A stretch of DNA of 64,000 bases from Chloroflexota bacterium (lineage in GTDB: Bacteria; Chloroflexota; Limnocylindria; Limnocylindrales; CSP1-4). The stretch covers positions 2,596-66,595 of the forward strand of contig JACCVQ010000133.1 of assembly GCA_013698095.1 (NCBI GenBank), read 5' to 3'. This document shows, in pieces, positions 16,172 through 25,880 of the stretch. Numbering within the stretch: position 1 is the stretch's first letter; every line of letters begins with the position of its first letter. Under the pieces are notes generated by a model. That model was not told the origin of the DNA. It made no database searches and saw only the letters and a list, made by a program, of their open reading frames with translations. The translations under genes and the position numbers were made by a program.

Positions 16172-18499
16172 GTGATCGAACCGGGGGCCGTCACCGACGG
16201 CGCAGATCCGCCCGTCCACGCCCACGCCCACGCCGACACGCGTCGGCGATGGCTGGCCCCGTCGTCGGCCGTCCTCGCCTTCGGCGGGGTCATCGGCTGG
16301 TCGGCGTTCCTGCTGTTCTCGGTCGAGCCGCTGATCGGCCGGCTCGTCCTGCCGGTCTTCGGTGGAACGCCGGCCGTCTGGGCGACGACGCTGTTCTTCT
16401 TCCAGGCTGTCCTGCTGCTCGGCTACCTGTACGGCCATCTCTCGGTGACACGACTCGGGATCCGGCGCGGCGCCGTGCTCCACATCGCGCTCGTCCTGGC
16501 TGCCGGCGCCGCACTCGCCCTCTCGCCGGCGCGCCCAGCGGACCTCCGCGACCCGGCCATTCCGGACGTGCTCAACCTCGTCGGCATGCTGGCCCTGACG
16601 ATCGGGCTGGCGGCGTTCGTCCTGACGACCACGACGCCACTCGTGTCAGCGTGGTACGCGGCCAGCCGGACCGCCACCAGCGACGGCGGCGACGCCTACT
16701 GGCTCTACGCCCTGAGCAACGCGGGGTCCCTGCTCGCCTTGCTCGCCTATCCGTTTCTCATCGAGCCACGGCTGGGGCTGTCGGCCCAGCGTGGGGTGTG
16801 GGCCGTCGGCTTTGTCGTGTTTGCCTTGGCGATCGCCGGGTGCGCCGCATGGGCGAGCGGACGCGCCGGACGGACGTCACCCGCGGCCGGACCGGACGAG
16901 CTCGAGACAACCGGCGCATCCGAGCCGATCGCCGGGCGGCGGCGGGCGACCTGGCTGCTCCTGGCAGCGGTGCCGTCCGGGCTGCTGTCGGCGGTCACCA
17001 CGTTCATCGCCACCGATCTCGTCTCGGCTCCGTTGTTGTGGCTTGTGCCGCTGGCGATCTACCTGCTTACGTTCATCGTCGCGTTCTCGGATCGCGGTCG
17101 TCGCATGGTGCCTGCGGCCGCACTCGTGGCCCCCGCCGCGGTCACCCTGATGTGGGTGCCGTTCGGGTCGGCCGGTGGCTGGCCGATCCTGCCGCTCGTC
17201 GTCCTGATGTACGGCGGCCTAGGTGTCGTCGCCACCGCGATGCACGGCCGGCTCGCCATGGACCGACCGGATCCGGCCCATCTGACCGAGTTCTACCTCG
17301 TGATCTCGATCGGCGGGGCGCTCGCCAGCGCGTTCGTCGCGCTCTTCGCGCCAATCCTGTTTCCGGGCGTTTGGGAGTTCCCGATCCTGCTCGTCCTGGC
17401 CCTCGTCGCCCTCGCCGCGACGGAGCCACGGCGTCGCGGCAGTGGCGTCGCGCGGACCAACCGACCACCGATCAACCTGGCGCCGTTCGTCCGCGGCGCC
17501 CGGAGCCGAGTGCTGCCCTACCTCGCGGTCGCCGCGATCCTTGTCGTGTTCCTGGTGCGCGACACGTCGCTCGGTGCGGAGGCCGGTATCCGCTGGCTGC
17601 TCGTCGGCGGACTGATCCTGCTCGTCGGCGCGCGGCCCGCATTTCTGGCCACATCCACGGCGCTCGTTCTGGCGCTCGCCGTCCTCGTCCTCCAACCGGC
17701 CGCGATCTTCCGCGACCGGAGCTTCTTCGGCGTGACCGAGGTCCTCCGACCGGACGGCGCACCACAGACCACGTTGATGAACGGGACCACGGTCCACGGA
17801 GTCCAGTGGACGGATTCGGCGAAGGCGCAGATGCCGACCGCGTACTACGCGCCGGCCGGCCCGTTCGGCGACGTCTTCGCGGCATTGGAGAGCGATGACC
17901 AACCAAAGGACATCGCGATCGTCGGCCTCGGCGCCGGCGCATTGACGTCGTACCTCCGGCCGAACTGGACGATGACCTACTTCGAGATCGATCCGCTCGT
18001 GGCAGAGGTCGCGTCGGATCCGCGCTTCTTCACGTTCCTGTCGAGCGCGAATCCGCGGCCATCGATCGTCTTGGGCGACGCCCGCCTGTCCCTCTCGGAC
18101 GTTCCGGCTCAACGATTTGACGCGTTGTTCGTCGACGCATTCTCGTCCGATGCCGTGCCCACGCACCTGCTGACCAGCGAGGCCTATGCGCTCTACGCCC
18201 GGCTCGTCAAGCCTGGCGGCCTGGTCGTGACCCACATCCCGAATCGCTATTACGATCTGGCCCCGGCCGTTGCGGGCGCCCAGGCGGCAAATGGCCTGAC
18301 GGCCCTGATCCGAACGTTCCAGCCGACCGAGACCGAGGCGCGTGAGGGCGCGGCGCCCACGATCCTCGCGGTCGCATCGTCGATCGGATCGTCGCTCGCG
18401 GACTTGCGCGACGGCGGCTGGCAGCCGCTCGAACCGACCGTCCCTCCGATGACTGACGACTTCATGGACGCGCTGCGGTTTCTTCGTCCGCTCTGGTAG
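16172..18499 (+). CDS. fused polytopic membrane domain / spermidine-synthase-like protein (second tandem copy)
   Basis: GTG start at 16172. N-terminus reads LLFSVEPLIGRLVLPVFGGTPAVWATTLFFFQAVLLLGYLYGH. C-terminus reads DIAIVGLGAGALTSYL...FEIDPLVAEVA...IVLGDARLSL...FDALFVDAFSSDAVPTHLLT.EAYALYARLVKPGGLVV. Confidence 0.72.
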   Translation: MIEPGAVTDGADPPVHAHAHADTRRRWLAPSSAVLAFGGVIGWSAFLLFSVEPLIGRLVLPVFGGTPAVWATTLFFFQAVLLLGYLYGHLSVTRLGIRRGAVLHIALVLAAGAALALSPARPADLRDPAIPDVLNLVGMLALTIGLAAFVLTTTTPLVSAWYAASRTATSDGGDAYWLYALSNAGSLLALLAYPFLIEPRLGLSAQRGVWAVGFVVFALAIAGCAAWASGRAGRTSPAAGPDELETTGASEPIAGRRRATWLLLAAVPSGLLSAVTTFIATDLVSAPLLWLVPLAIYLLTFIVAFSDRGRRMVPAAALVAPAAVTLMWVPFGSAGGWPILPLVVLMYGGLGVVATAMHGRLAMDRPDPAHLTEFYLVISIGGALASAFVALFAPILFPGVWEFPILLVLALVALAATEPRRRGSGVARTNRPPINLAPFVRGARSRVLPYLAVAAILVVFLVRDTSLGAEAGIRWLLVGGLILLVGARPAFLATSTALVLALAVLVLQPAAIFRDRSFFGVTEVLRPDGAPQTTLMNGTTVHGVQWTDSAKAQMPTAYYAPAGPFGDVFAALESDDQPKDIAIVGLGAGALTSYLRPNWTMTYFEIDPLVAEVASDPRFFTFLSSANPRPSIVLGDARLSLSDVPAQRFDALFVDAFSSDAVPTHLLTSEAYALYARLVKPGGLVVTHIPNRYYDLAPAVAGAQAANGLTALIRTFQPTETEAREGAAPTILAVASSIGSSLADLRDGGWQPLEPTVPPMTDDFMDALRFLRPLW

Positions 18500-18580
18500 C
18501 TGGTGGCTCCGCACGGTCGCTGTTTCCGCGCTCCGTTGCGGCCGCAATCGAATCCGGGGACCCGGTGCTATCCTCGGCCC

Positions 18581-19816
18581 GTGACCACCCACGCTCCCAG
18601 CGCGGAGCCCGCCTGTCCGGGCGCGACCACCCCCGACAGGCCAGCCGACCAACCGGACGCAGCCCTGGATCCGGCCGCCCTGCGCGTTGAGCGACGAGCG
18701 TTCGACGACGTCCCGCGGGCAACCTGGGATCGCCTGGCGGCAGCGAATTCGTGGGCGACGCCATTCTCGTCGTGGGCCTACCAGCGGGCGTGGTGGGATG
18801 CCTACGGCGCGAGCGCTCACGATCAGACGCTCATCGTCGTCCGCGCCGGCGGCGCGCCAACAGAGCCCGTCGCGATCGTGCCCCTCATGCACCGCCACGA
18901 GGTGGAGCCCGGCGATGAGGCAACGGCCTCGAAGATCCGTCACGGCGACCCGGGGAACCTGACTCCCGTCCCGCCGACCGCCAAGGCGATCTTCTTCGGC
19001 GCCTCGTACCACGCCGACTACGCGACGATCCTTGCGGCGCCGGCCGACATGCCCGCGGTCGCCACGGCTCTCGTCGACCACCTTGCCTCGCCCGACGCGG
19101 TCGACCCCGGCCATCCGGAGCCGTGGGACGCGGTCGACCTGCGCCGCCTCCGCTGCGGCGACCCAACCGCCGACGCCCTGGCCAGAGCCTTCGGAGTGCG
19201 CGAGATGGGCGAGCGTTGGACGCTCAATCTGGAGCGCGAAGACGTCTGCCCGGTCGTCACGTTCCCCGAGAACGTCGATTTCGAGGGCTATCTCGCGACC
19301 CTCGACAAGAAATCGCGCCACGAGATCCGGCGCAAGATCCGGCGAGCCGAGGCCTCGGGAGAAGTCCTCCTGGCGCCATCAGCAGACCCCCTCGCCGACC
19401 TGCCCGACTTCATCGACCTCCATCAGCGCCGCTGGGGTGCGGACGGGCTGTTCCCGCCGACGCCGGGCGGTGACGCGTCGCGGGTGTTCATGCGCCGGCT
19501 GTTCGAGGAGAACGGCCCGGACGGCCCCGTCCGGCTGTCGTTCCTGACCGTCGGCGAGCGGCGCGTTGCCGCCGGGATCCATGTCGCGACGGCCGACACC
19601 TGGATGTTCTACAACGCCGGGATCGACCCCGACGCCCGCGAGCTGTCGCCGGGCGTCCTGCTCGCCGCGCGCTACGTGCAGGCGGCGCTCGAGGCCGGCA
19701 TGGGGCGGTTCGATTTCCTGCGCGGTAACGAGCCGTACAAGTACGAGTGGGGCTCCGAGGACGAGCCGATCCAGCGGCTGCTGGTGCGCCGGGACGCCGA
19801 CGGGAGCTCCGCCTGA
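18581..19816 (+). CDS. GNAT-fold acyltransferase, CelD / BioF2-like (FemAB-related) family
   Basis: ORF 18503..19816, with GTG 18581 the likely start. Contains WDRLAAANSWATPFSSWAYQRAWWDAYG, FEGYLATLDKKSRHEIRRKIRRAE, and FLTVGERRVAAGIHVATADTWMFYNAGIDPD...SPGVLLAARYVQAALEAGMGRFDFLRGNEPYKYEWG. Confidence 0.7.
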   Translation: MTTHAPSAEPACPGATTPDRPADQPDAALDPAALRVERRAFDDVPRATWDRLAAANSWATPFSSWAYQRAWWDAYGASAHDQTLIVVRAGGAPTEPVAIVPLMHRHEVEPGDEATASKIRHGDPGNLTPVPPTAKAIFFGASYHADYATILAAPADMPAVATALVDHLASPDAVDPGHPEPWDAVDLRRLRCGDPTADALARAFGVREMGERWTLNLEREDVCPVVTFPENVDFEGYLATLDKKSRHEIRRKIRRAEASGEVLLAPSADPLADLPDFIDLHQRRWGADGLFPPTPGGDASRVFMRRLFEENGPDGPVRLSFLTVGERRVAAGIHVATADTWMFYNAGIDPDARELSPGVLLAARYVQAALEAGMGRFDFLRGNEPYKYEWGSEDEPIQRLLVRRDADGSSA

Positions 19817-21018
19817 TGGGAGCGCCCCCGACCTGGGACCCATGTCTCGTCCCGCTCGAGCACGTTGACCTGCCCGGCCCGCAGCGCGTCCGGGTCGTCG
19901 AGATCCTCGCCACCGGCACCAGCGGCGGCGCACAGGAGCACCTCTTTTCGCTGCTGTCGCGGCTCGACCGCACGTTCTACGAGGCGTCGGTCGTCGCCTT
20001 GTCGGGGGGCAGCGCGGTCCGCAAGCTCCAGCGCCACGGCTTCGATGTCACCGTCATCGACGAAGCCGACGATGCGGCCGCCGTCCGCGCCCTCACCGCC
20101 CACCTGGCGATGGTCCGACCGGACGTCGTCCACACCCACATGTACCGGGCCGACATCGTCGGGACGAAGGCCGTCATCGCCCTCCGCGACAGCGGCCATC
20201 GGGCACCGTACGTCGTCTCGACGGTCCACTCGTCGCGGATCCGCTCGCACGAGGACCGCGACCTCCTCCGCCAGCTCACCCCGTCAATGGACCAGCTGAT
20301 CGCGGTCTCGAAGTCGATCGAGCGCAAGATCGCCGACGAGCACCGGACCGGCGCGCCGGTCCGCCTGATCTACAACGGGGTGGACCTCCAGCGCTACGAC
20401 CACCAGGAGCCGTGCGCCCCGTTCGGCGACCAGTACGGGATCGAGACCGGATCGAAGATCGTCGGGGTCGTCGCCCGGCTCGAGTCGGAGAAGGGTCACC
20501 AGACCCTGATCGAGTCCTGGCCGGCGGTCCTCCGCGAGGTCCCGGACGCGTACCTGTTGATCGTCGGCGAGGGCTCGCGACGCGACGCGCTCGAACAGCT
20601 GGCGTCGGCCCGCAGGGTCGGCCATCGAGTCGTCTTCACCGGGCGTCGCGACGACATCCCGGCCGTCACCGCCGCGCTTGACGTCGCCGTCCTACCCTCG
20701 TGGCGCGAGGCCCAGGGCCTGTCGATCCTCGAGGCGATGGCGTTGTCGCGGCCGGTCGTCGCATCCGATGTCGGCGGGATCCCGGAGATGGTCGAAGACG
20801 GCGTCACGGGCCTGCTCGTGGAGCACGACAACCCGGCTGCCCTGGCCGCTGCGATCGTCCGTCTGCTGAAGGATCGCCCGTTCGCCGCGAGGATCGCCAA
20901 GGCCGGCCACGACCTCGTCCACGACCGCTTCTGCATCGAGTTGATGGTCAAGGCGATCGAGCAGATCTACGACGACGGCGCTCGCGCCGTTCGCCTGGCC
21001 GAGGCCGCGGCGAGCTAG
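19816..21018 (+). CDS. GT4 (GT-B fold) glycosyltransferase
   Basis: ORF 19747..21018 was trimmed to ATG 19816 (TGATG overlap with the upstream stop). Contains GGAQEHLFSLLSRLD, VVARLESEKGHQ, and WREAQGLSILEAMALSRPVVASDVGGIPEMVEDGVTGLLV (the E-x7-E region). Confidence 0.85.
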   Translation: MGAPPTWDPCLVPLEHVDLPGPQRVRVVEILATGTSGGAQEHLFSLLSRLDRTFYEASVVALSGGSAVRKLQRHGFDVTVIDEADDAAAVRALTAHLAMVRPDVVHTHMYRADIVGTKAVIALRDSGHRAPYVVSTVHSSRIRSHEDRDLLRQLTPSMDQLIAVSKSIERKIADEHRTGAPVRLIYNGVDLQRYDHQEPCAPFGDQYGIETGSKIVGVVARLESEKGHQTLIESWPAVLREVPDAYLLIVGEGSRRDALEQLASARRVGHRVVFTGRRDDIPAVTAALDVAVLPSWREAQGLSILEAMALSRPVVASDVGGIPEMVEDGVTGLLVEHDNPAALAAAIVRLLKDRPFAARIAKAGHDLVHDRFCIELMVKAIEQIYDDGARAVRLAEAAAS

Positions 21019-21086
21019 CTCTCGCATCGCCGGTAGGACCATCGTCGTGGTGCGGAGGCGCACCGGGGCGGGCTAGGATCGCCCTT

Positions 21087-21941
21087 GTGAGAGACCGCCT
21101 GCTGCGCGACGGGTTCGTCATCCTTGCCGTCGCCTTCGTCGCGTTGCGTCTCCTCGCGATCAAGCCGTGGGCCGACAGCGTGGATGCGTACGCCTACTGG
21201 ACGACACGCGACGGTGTCTTCTACCAATACGCGACGACGGGGCGGATCGGGGCGTACCTCTATTCGCCGGCGTTCGCCCAGGCCCTTGCGCCATTCGTCT
21301 GGTTGCCGCTGGCGGTCTTCACAGCGCTGTGGACCGCCCTGAACAGCGCTGCGCTGTGGTTCATCCTCCGACGCTGGGCCCTGCCGAGCATTCTCTTCCT
21401 GCCGATCGCCTTCGAGATCGTGTCCGGCAACGTCCACCTCCTGTACGCCGCCGCAATCGTCGTCGGGTTCCGCTGGCCGGCGGCGTGGGCGCTGATGCTC
21501 CTGACGAAGGTCACGCCGGGCGTCGGCATCCTGTGGTTCCTGGTCCGGCGCGAGTGGCGCTCGCTCGCCATCGCGCTCGGCGTGACCGCGGCAATCGCCG
21601 GAGTCTCGTACGCCCTCGACGCGACTCAGTGGGCACGCTGGATCGAGATCCTGCGGGCCGATGCAGGGGGCGCCGGCGAGGGCACTTTCACGACCGTCGG
21701 CGGTTACCTCCCGATCGCGCTCGCGCCGCGCCTGGCGGTGGCCGTGGTCGTGGTCGTCCTCGCCGCGCTGACGGATCGTCGCTGGCTTGTCCCGGTCGCG
21801 GTCGTCCTGGCAATGCCCGTCGTCTGGGTGAACAGCCTCGCCGTCCTCGCCGCCTGCGTTCCACTGTGGCGCGAGCGCCGCGTCCCGGTCGCGCGACCGG
21901 AGACGTTTGGCGGCACGCCGCCGCTCGGGGCACGCCCATGA
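21087..21941 (+). CDS. DUF2029 / GT87-like membrane protein (short, 284 aa)
   Basis: ORF 20700..21941 was trimmed to GTG 21087 (VRDRLLRDGFVILAVAF...). Contains SVDAYAYWTT...YLYSPAFAQALAPF, SGNVHLLYAAAIVVG and LLTKVTPGVGILWFLVRREW. Confidence 0.6.
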   Translation: MRDRLLRDGFVILAVAFVALRLLAIKPWADSVDAYAYWTTRDGVFYQYATTGRIGAYLYSPAFAQALAPFVWLPLAVFTALWTALNSAALWFILRRWALPSILFLPIAFEIVSGNVHLLYAAAIVVGFRWPAAWALMLLTKVTPGVGILWFLVRREWRSLAIALGVTAAIAGVSYALDATQWARWIEILRADAGGAGEGTFTTVGGYLPIALAPRLAVAVVVVVLAALTDRRWLVPVAVVLAMPVVWVNSLAVLAACVPLWRERRVPVARPETFGGTPPLGARP

Positions 21942-23080
21942 GCCGGTCCACGAGCTCGCCCCCGCGGCCCGCGTTCGGCCGACGTCCGGCCGACATCGTG
22001 TCGATCGTCGCCATCGGAGCCGTCATCGTCGCCTACATCGGGTACGGCCTCCTGACCGCCCAGAGCACGCTCGGTTGCGACTTCCTCGCCTACTTCAACG
22101 CGTCCGTCAACTGGGCCCACCACAGGCCGATCTACGACCTCTCCGTCGCCTCGACCGGGACGTGCGGGATCTACCAGTACCCGCCGCCCTTCGTGATGCT
22201 CGCGATCCCGTTTAGCGTCTTCGGGTTCGACATGGGCAACGGCCTGTGGATCGCGTTCCTGCTCGCGTGCTGGGGGATCGGGACGGCGATCCTGCCGGTC
22301 CGGCCGACGACGCGCATCATCATCCTGCTGGTCGGCGCGGTCGGCTGGCCGCTGCTCTACGGCGTCCGGCTCGGCACGGTCGCACCGATCCTCTACGTCC
22401 TGTTCGCGCTGGCCTGGCGGAACCTCGAGCGGCCCGTCTGGCTCGGCGCGAGCGTGGCGATCGGAGCCATGGTCAAGCTCCAACCGGGGCTGATCGCCGT
22501 CTGGCTCCTTGTCCGCCGCGACTGGCGTGCGCTGGCGGCCGCGGCCGTCGTGGGTGCGGTCATCGCCGGGATCGCGGCGGTGGTCGGCCTGTTCGATTGG
22601 CTTGGCCTCCTCACCCTCCTCAGATCGCTCTCGAATGCGGTCGACATCCCGGTCAACATGGCGATCGGGGCGACGCTGCGCAGCCTGGGCATGGATCTCG
22701 AGCTCGCCCGGACCATCCAGACCGTCAACACGATCGTGATCCTGGCGATCGTCGTCGTGACCGGGATCCGGCTACCGCGAACGGCGGGCTTCCTCGTGGC
22801 GGTCGTTGCGAGCCAGCTGATCTCGCCGATCGTGTGGGCCCACTACGCCGTGATATTGCTCCTGCCCGTGGCGTGGCTCCTCGATCGGGGGCAGTGGTGG
22901 GCCATTCTCATCCCGCTCGTCCATCTCTGGGTGCTCCTGCCCTTTGCTCCCAACTGGACCTATGCGGTCGCCTTCCACGCCACGTTGATCGGGTTGATTG
23001 TCGTGGGCTGGCGCGACGGCAGAGAGGCGGAGGAACCGACTTCGGCCGCAGTCCTGGCGGCAAACGAGCCGGCCGCCTGA
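21938..23080 (+). CDS. DUF2029 / GT87-like membrane glycosyltransferase
   Basis: ORF 21167..23080 was trimmed to ATG 21938 (ATGA overlap). Contains GCDFLAYFNASVNWAHHRPIYD...YQYPPPFVMLAIPF, VRLGTVAPILYVLFALA and GAMVKLQPGLIAVWLLVRRDW. Confidence 0.75.
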   Translation: MSRSTSSPPRPAFGRRPADIVSIVAIGAVIVAYIGYGLLTAQSTLGCDFLAYFNASVNWAHHRPIYDLSVASTGTCGIYQYPPPFVMLAIPFSVFGFDMGNGLWIAFLLACWGIGTAILPVRPTTRIIILLVGAVGWPLLYGVRLGTVAPILYVLFALAWRNLERPVWLGASVAIGAMVKLQPGLIAVWLLVRRDWRALAAAAVVGAVIAGIAAVVGLFDWLGLLTLLRSLSNAVDIPVNMAIGATLRSLGMDLELARTIQTVNTIVILAIVVVTGIRLPRTAGFLVAVVASQLISPIVWAHYAVILLLPVAWLLDRGQWWAILIPLVHLWVLLPFAPNWTYAVAFHATLIGLIVVGWRDGREAEEPTSAAVLAANEPAA

Positions 23081-24384
23081 TGCAGTACGGGGTGATCGGG
23101 GCAGGGGTCCTCGGGATGACCGCGGCGCTGCGCCTCCTGGAGCGCGGTCACGAGGTGTCGATCCTCGAGGCCGGCGATGGCGTCGGCGGCCTTGCCGGGA
23201 GCTTCGAGGTCGAGCCCGGCATCTGGCTGGAGAAGTTCTACCACCACATCTTCCGATCGGACCGCCGGATCACCGCCCTGATCGAGGAGCTCGGGCTCGG
23301 GCCGAGCCTGCGCTGGCACGAGCCGGAGACCGCGATGCAGTCAGGCGGCCGAGTCGAGGCATTCGACACGCCGGGCGCCGTCCTGCGCTTCAGCGGCCTG
23401 CCCCTGATCGACCGGGTCCGACTCGGCGCCGGTGTCGCTCTCCTCAAGGCGATGCCGCGATCCGGGCCGATCCAGGATGTCAGCGCCCGGCGCTGGCTCA
23501 CCCGGGTGATGGGCGGCAACGCCTGGCGAGTCGTCTGGGAGCCACTGCTCCGGGGCAAATTCGGGGATGCGGCCGACGACGTCTCGATGGCCTGGCTGTG
23601 GGCCCGGATCCACGATCGAACGCGTCAGCTCGGGTACATCGACGGCGGCTTCCACCAGCTCTACACCCGGATCGCCTCCCGGATCGACGAGCGTGGCGGG
23701 CGGCTCGTCACGGGCTTCCGGGCCGCGGCGATCGAGCCGCAGGGAGCGGAGATTTCGGTCAGGAGCGCCGACGCTCGGGTCGAGACATTCGATCGCCTGA
23801 TCTCGACCCTGCCCGCTCACCTGACGCTCGGGATCACCAAGGACCCGGCGATCGACCCCACGGCCGGGCCGCGCCCGCCGGATGCGCTCGGCGCGCACTG
23901 CCTGATCCTCAGTCTCGATCGACCGCTGACGGGGCGCTACTGGATCGGCGTTGCAGATCGCGGAAGCCCGTTCCTTGCCGTCGTCGAGCACACCGCGATG
24001 CTGGAGCCGGCCGCGTACGGCGGCCGGCACCTTGTCTATCTCGGCAACTACGTGCCCCACGACGACCGGCTGTTCGAGGAGACCCCGGACGAAACCCTCG
24101 CCCGCTACGCACCGGCGATCCGCGGCCTGAACCCGGCCTTCGATCCGTCCTGGGTGGGCAAGCGCTGGGCGTTCGGTGCCCGGTTCGCCCAACCGATCGT
24201 GACCCCGGGCTTTCGGATGCGCATCCCGCCGTTCGAGACCCCGGTCCCGAACCTGTTCGTCGCGAGCATGTTCCAGGTGTTTCCCCACGATCGCGGCCAG
24301 AACTACTCGATCGAGCTGGCCGAGCGGGTGGTCGCCCGCCTCGAGGGCCCGGCGCGCACGACGCCCGCCGGCGCGGGCCGATGA
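23080..24384 (+). CDS. FAD/NAD(P)-binding oxidoreductase, amine-oxidase / protoporphyrinogen-oxidase-like fold
   Basis: ORF 22246..24384 was trimmed to ATG 23080 (TGATG overlap). The N-terminal dinucleotide motif is MQYGVIGAGVLGMTAALRLLERGHEVSILEAGDGVGGLAG. The rest is soluble. Confidence 0.75.
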   Translation: MQYGVIGAGVLGMTAALRLLERGHEVSILEAGDGVGGLAGSFEVEPGIWLEKFYHHIFRSDRRITALIEELGLGPSLRWHEPETAMQSGGRVEAFDTPGAVLRFSGLPLIDRVRLGAGVALLKAMPRSGPIQDVSARRWLTRVMGGNAWRVVWEPLLRGKFGDAADDVSMAWLWARIHDRTRQLGYIDGGFHQLYTRIASRIDERGGRLVTGFRAAAIEPQGAEISVRSADARVETFDRLISTLPAHLTLGITKDPAIDPTAGPRPPDALGAHCLILSLDRPLTGRYWIGVADRGSPFLAVVEHTAMLEPAAYGGRHLVYLGNYVPHDDRLFEETPDETLARYAPAIRGLNPAFDPSWVGKRWAFGARFAQPIVTPGFRMRIPPFETPVPNLFVASMFQVFPHDRGQNYSIELAERVVARLEGPARTTPAGAGR

Positions 24385-25808
24385 GCCTCGCTCGCCTGTG
24401 GGCATTCCTTGCGATCGGGTTGCCGGTACTCGCGGCGCTGATCGCGAACCTGTCGGCGGTCGATCTCGCGTACCACCTGCGGGCCGGCGGGATCGTCCTC
24501 GACACCGGCCGGATCCCGACGACCGATACGTTCACGTTCACCGCCGCCGGCGAGCCGTGGCTCAACCAGCAATGGGGCGCCCAGGTGATCCTCGCGACGG
24601 TCTATCGCGTCGCCGGCTGGACGGGGCTGGCGCTCCTGCGCGCCGTGCTCGTCGGTCTCACGTTCGGACTGTTGTTCGAGGCGTGTCGGCGGCGCGGCTT
24701 CGACCTTCGACGTGCCGCCTGGCTGACGATCGCGGCGTTCGTCGTGACCGCGGTTGCCCTGGCTCTTCGGCCGCAGCTGTTCGGGATGGCGCTGCTGGCG
24801 CTGACGCTCCTGATCGTCGTGGAGCGGCGCGCCCATCCGCGTCTGTTGTGGGCGGTGCCGGTCATCGTCTTCGCCTGGGCCAGCATCCACGGCAGCTTCA
24901 TTCTCGGCCCGGTCGTGCTCGGGCTCGCCTGGCTCGAGGACGTCCACGACCGCGTGCCCGGCCGGCACCGGCTCCTCGGCGTCGCAGTCGTCGCGGCGGC
25001 GGCCGCGCTCGTCAACCCGTTCGGCATTGGCGTGTGGGCCTATGCCGTGGGGCTGTCGACGAACAGCTTCGTGACGAGCCGGATCAGCGAGTGGCAGCCG
25101 ACGACGCTCCGGACGATCCCCGGGATCCTGTTCTTCGGATCGGTCGCGGTGGCCGTCCTCCTCCTCGTTCGGCGTGGCCGGCCGCCCACTTGGCCGGCGC
25201 TCGCCTGGCTGGCGGTCTTCGCCGCGATCGGCACGTATGCGATCCGCGGTGTCGCCTGGTGGCCGCTGGGCTCCGCGGTCGCGATCGCCGGGGTGCTCGC
25301 GGCGCGCGAGACGTCCACGGAGGCCGCGCCTGCCCCGCGGCGTGCCGAGCGCTCGAGCCGCCTCAACGTCGTCTTCGTGGGGTTGATCGTCCTCGTCTGC
25401 GTCGCCCTCGTGCCAGTCTGGCGCCCGATCGACAGCCGCCTCGGCGTCCCGGTGGGGACCGTCGGCGACGCCCCTGGCGGGATCACGCATGCGCTCGGGA
25501 AGGCGGTCCGGCCGGGCGACCGGATCCTCAACCCGCAACCGTGGGGATCGTGGTTCGAGCTGGCCCTGCCGCAGGCCACGGTCGCCCTCGATTCCCGGAT
25601 CGAGGTGTTCCCGGCCGCGGTCTGGGACGACTACGACGCGGTCCACCGCGGGACCGACGGATGGCAGGCCATCCTCGCCCGCTGGGCGCCGACATTCGTC
25701 GTTGCGACCGACGACGAGGACGCGTTCGTCGCGCGCCTGACACTGACGGGCTGGACGGTGCTCTACGCCGACGATGACGGCACGATTCTGCGGCGCCCGG
25801 CCTCGTGA
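24381..25808 (+). CDS. polytopic membrane protein with C-terminal soluble domain, probable GT-C-type glycosyltransferase or glycan polymerase (family unassigned)
   Basis: ORF 22998..25808 was trimmed to ATG 24381 (ATGA overlap). Contains MSLARLWAFLAIGLPVLAAL..., DTFTFTAAGEPWLNQQWGAQ, and many TM helices. The C-terminal part of about 140 aa is hydrophilic. Confidence 0.55.
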   Translation: MSLARLWAFLAIGLPVLAALIANLSAVDLAYHLRAGGIVLDTGRIPTTDTFTFTAAGEPWLNQQWGAQVILATVYRVAGWTGLALLRAVLVGLTFGLLFEACRRRGFDLRRAAWLTIAAFVVTAVALALRPQLFGMALLALTLLIVVERRAHPRLLWAVPVIVFAWASIHGSFILGPVVLGLAWLEDVHDRVPGRHRLLGVAVVAAAAALVNPFGIGVWAYAVGLSTNSFVTSRISEWQPTTLRTIPGILFFGSVAVAVLLLVRRGRPPTWPALAWLAVFAAIGTYAIRGVAWWPLGSAVAIAGVLAARETSTEAAPAPRRAERSSRLNVVFVGLIVLVCVALVPVWRPIDSRLGVPVGTVGDAPGGITHALGKAVRPGDRILNPQPWGSWFELALPQATVALDSRIEVFPAAVWDDYDAVHRGTDGWQAILARWAPTFVVATDDEDAFVARLTLTGWTVLYADDDGTILRRPAS

Positions 25809-25880
25809 GACGCGGTCCGACGTTGCCGGAGGGAGTTCGGCCCATGGCTCCATCCCGCGCCGGACTGGTACGGTCTGCGC

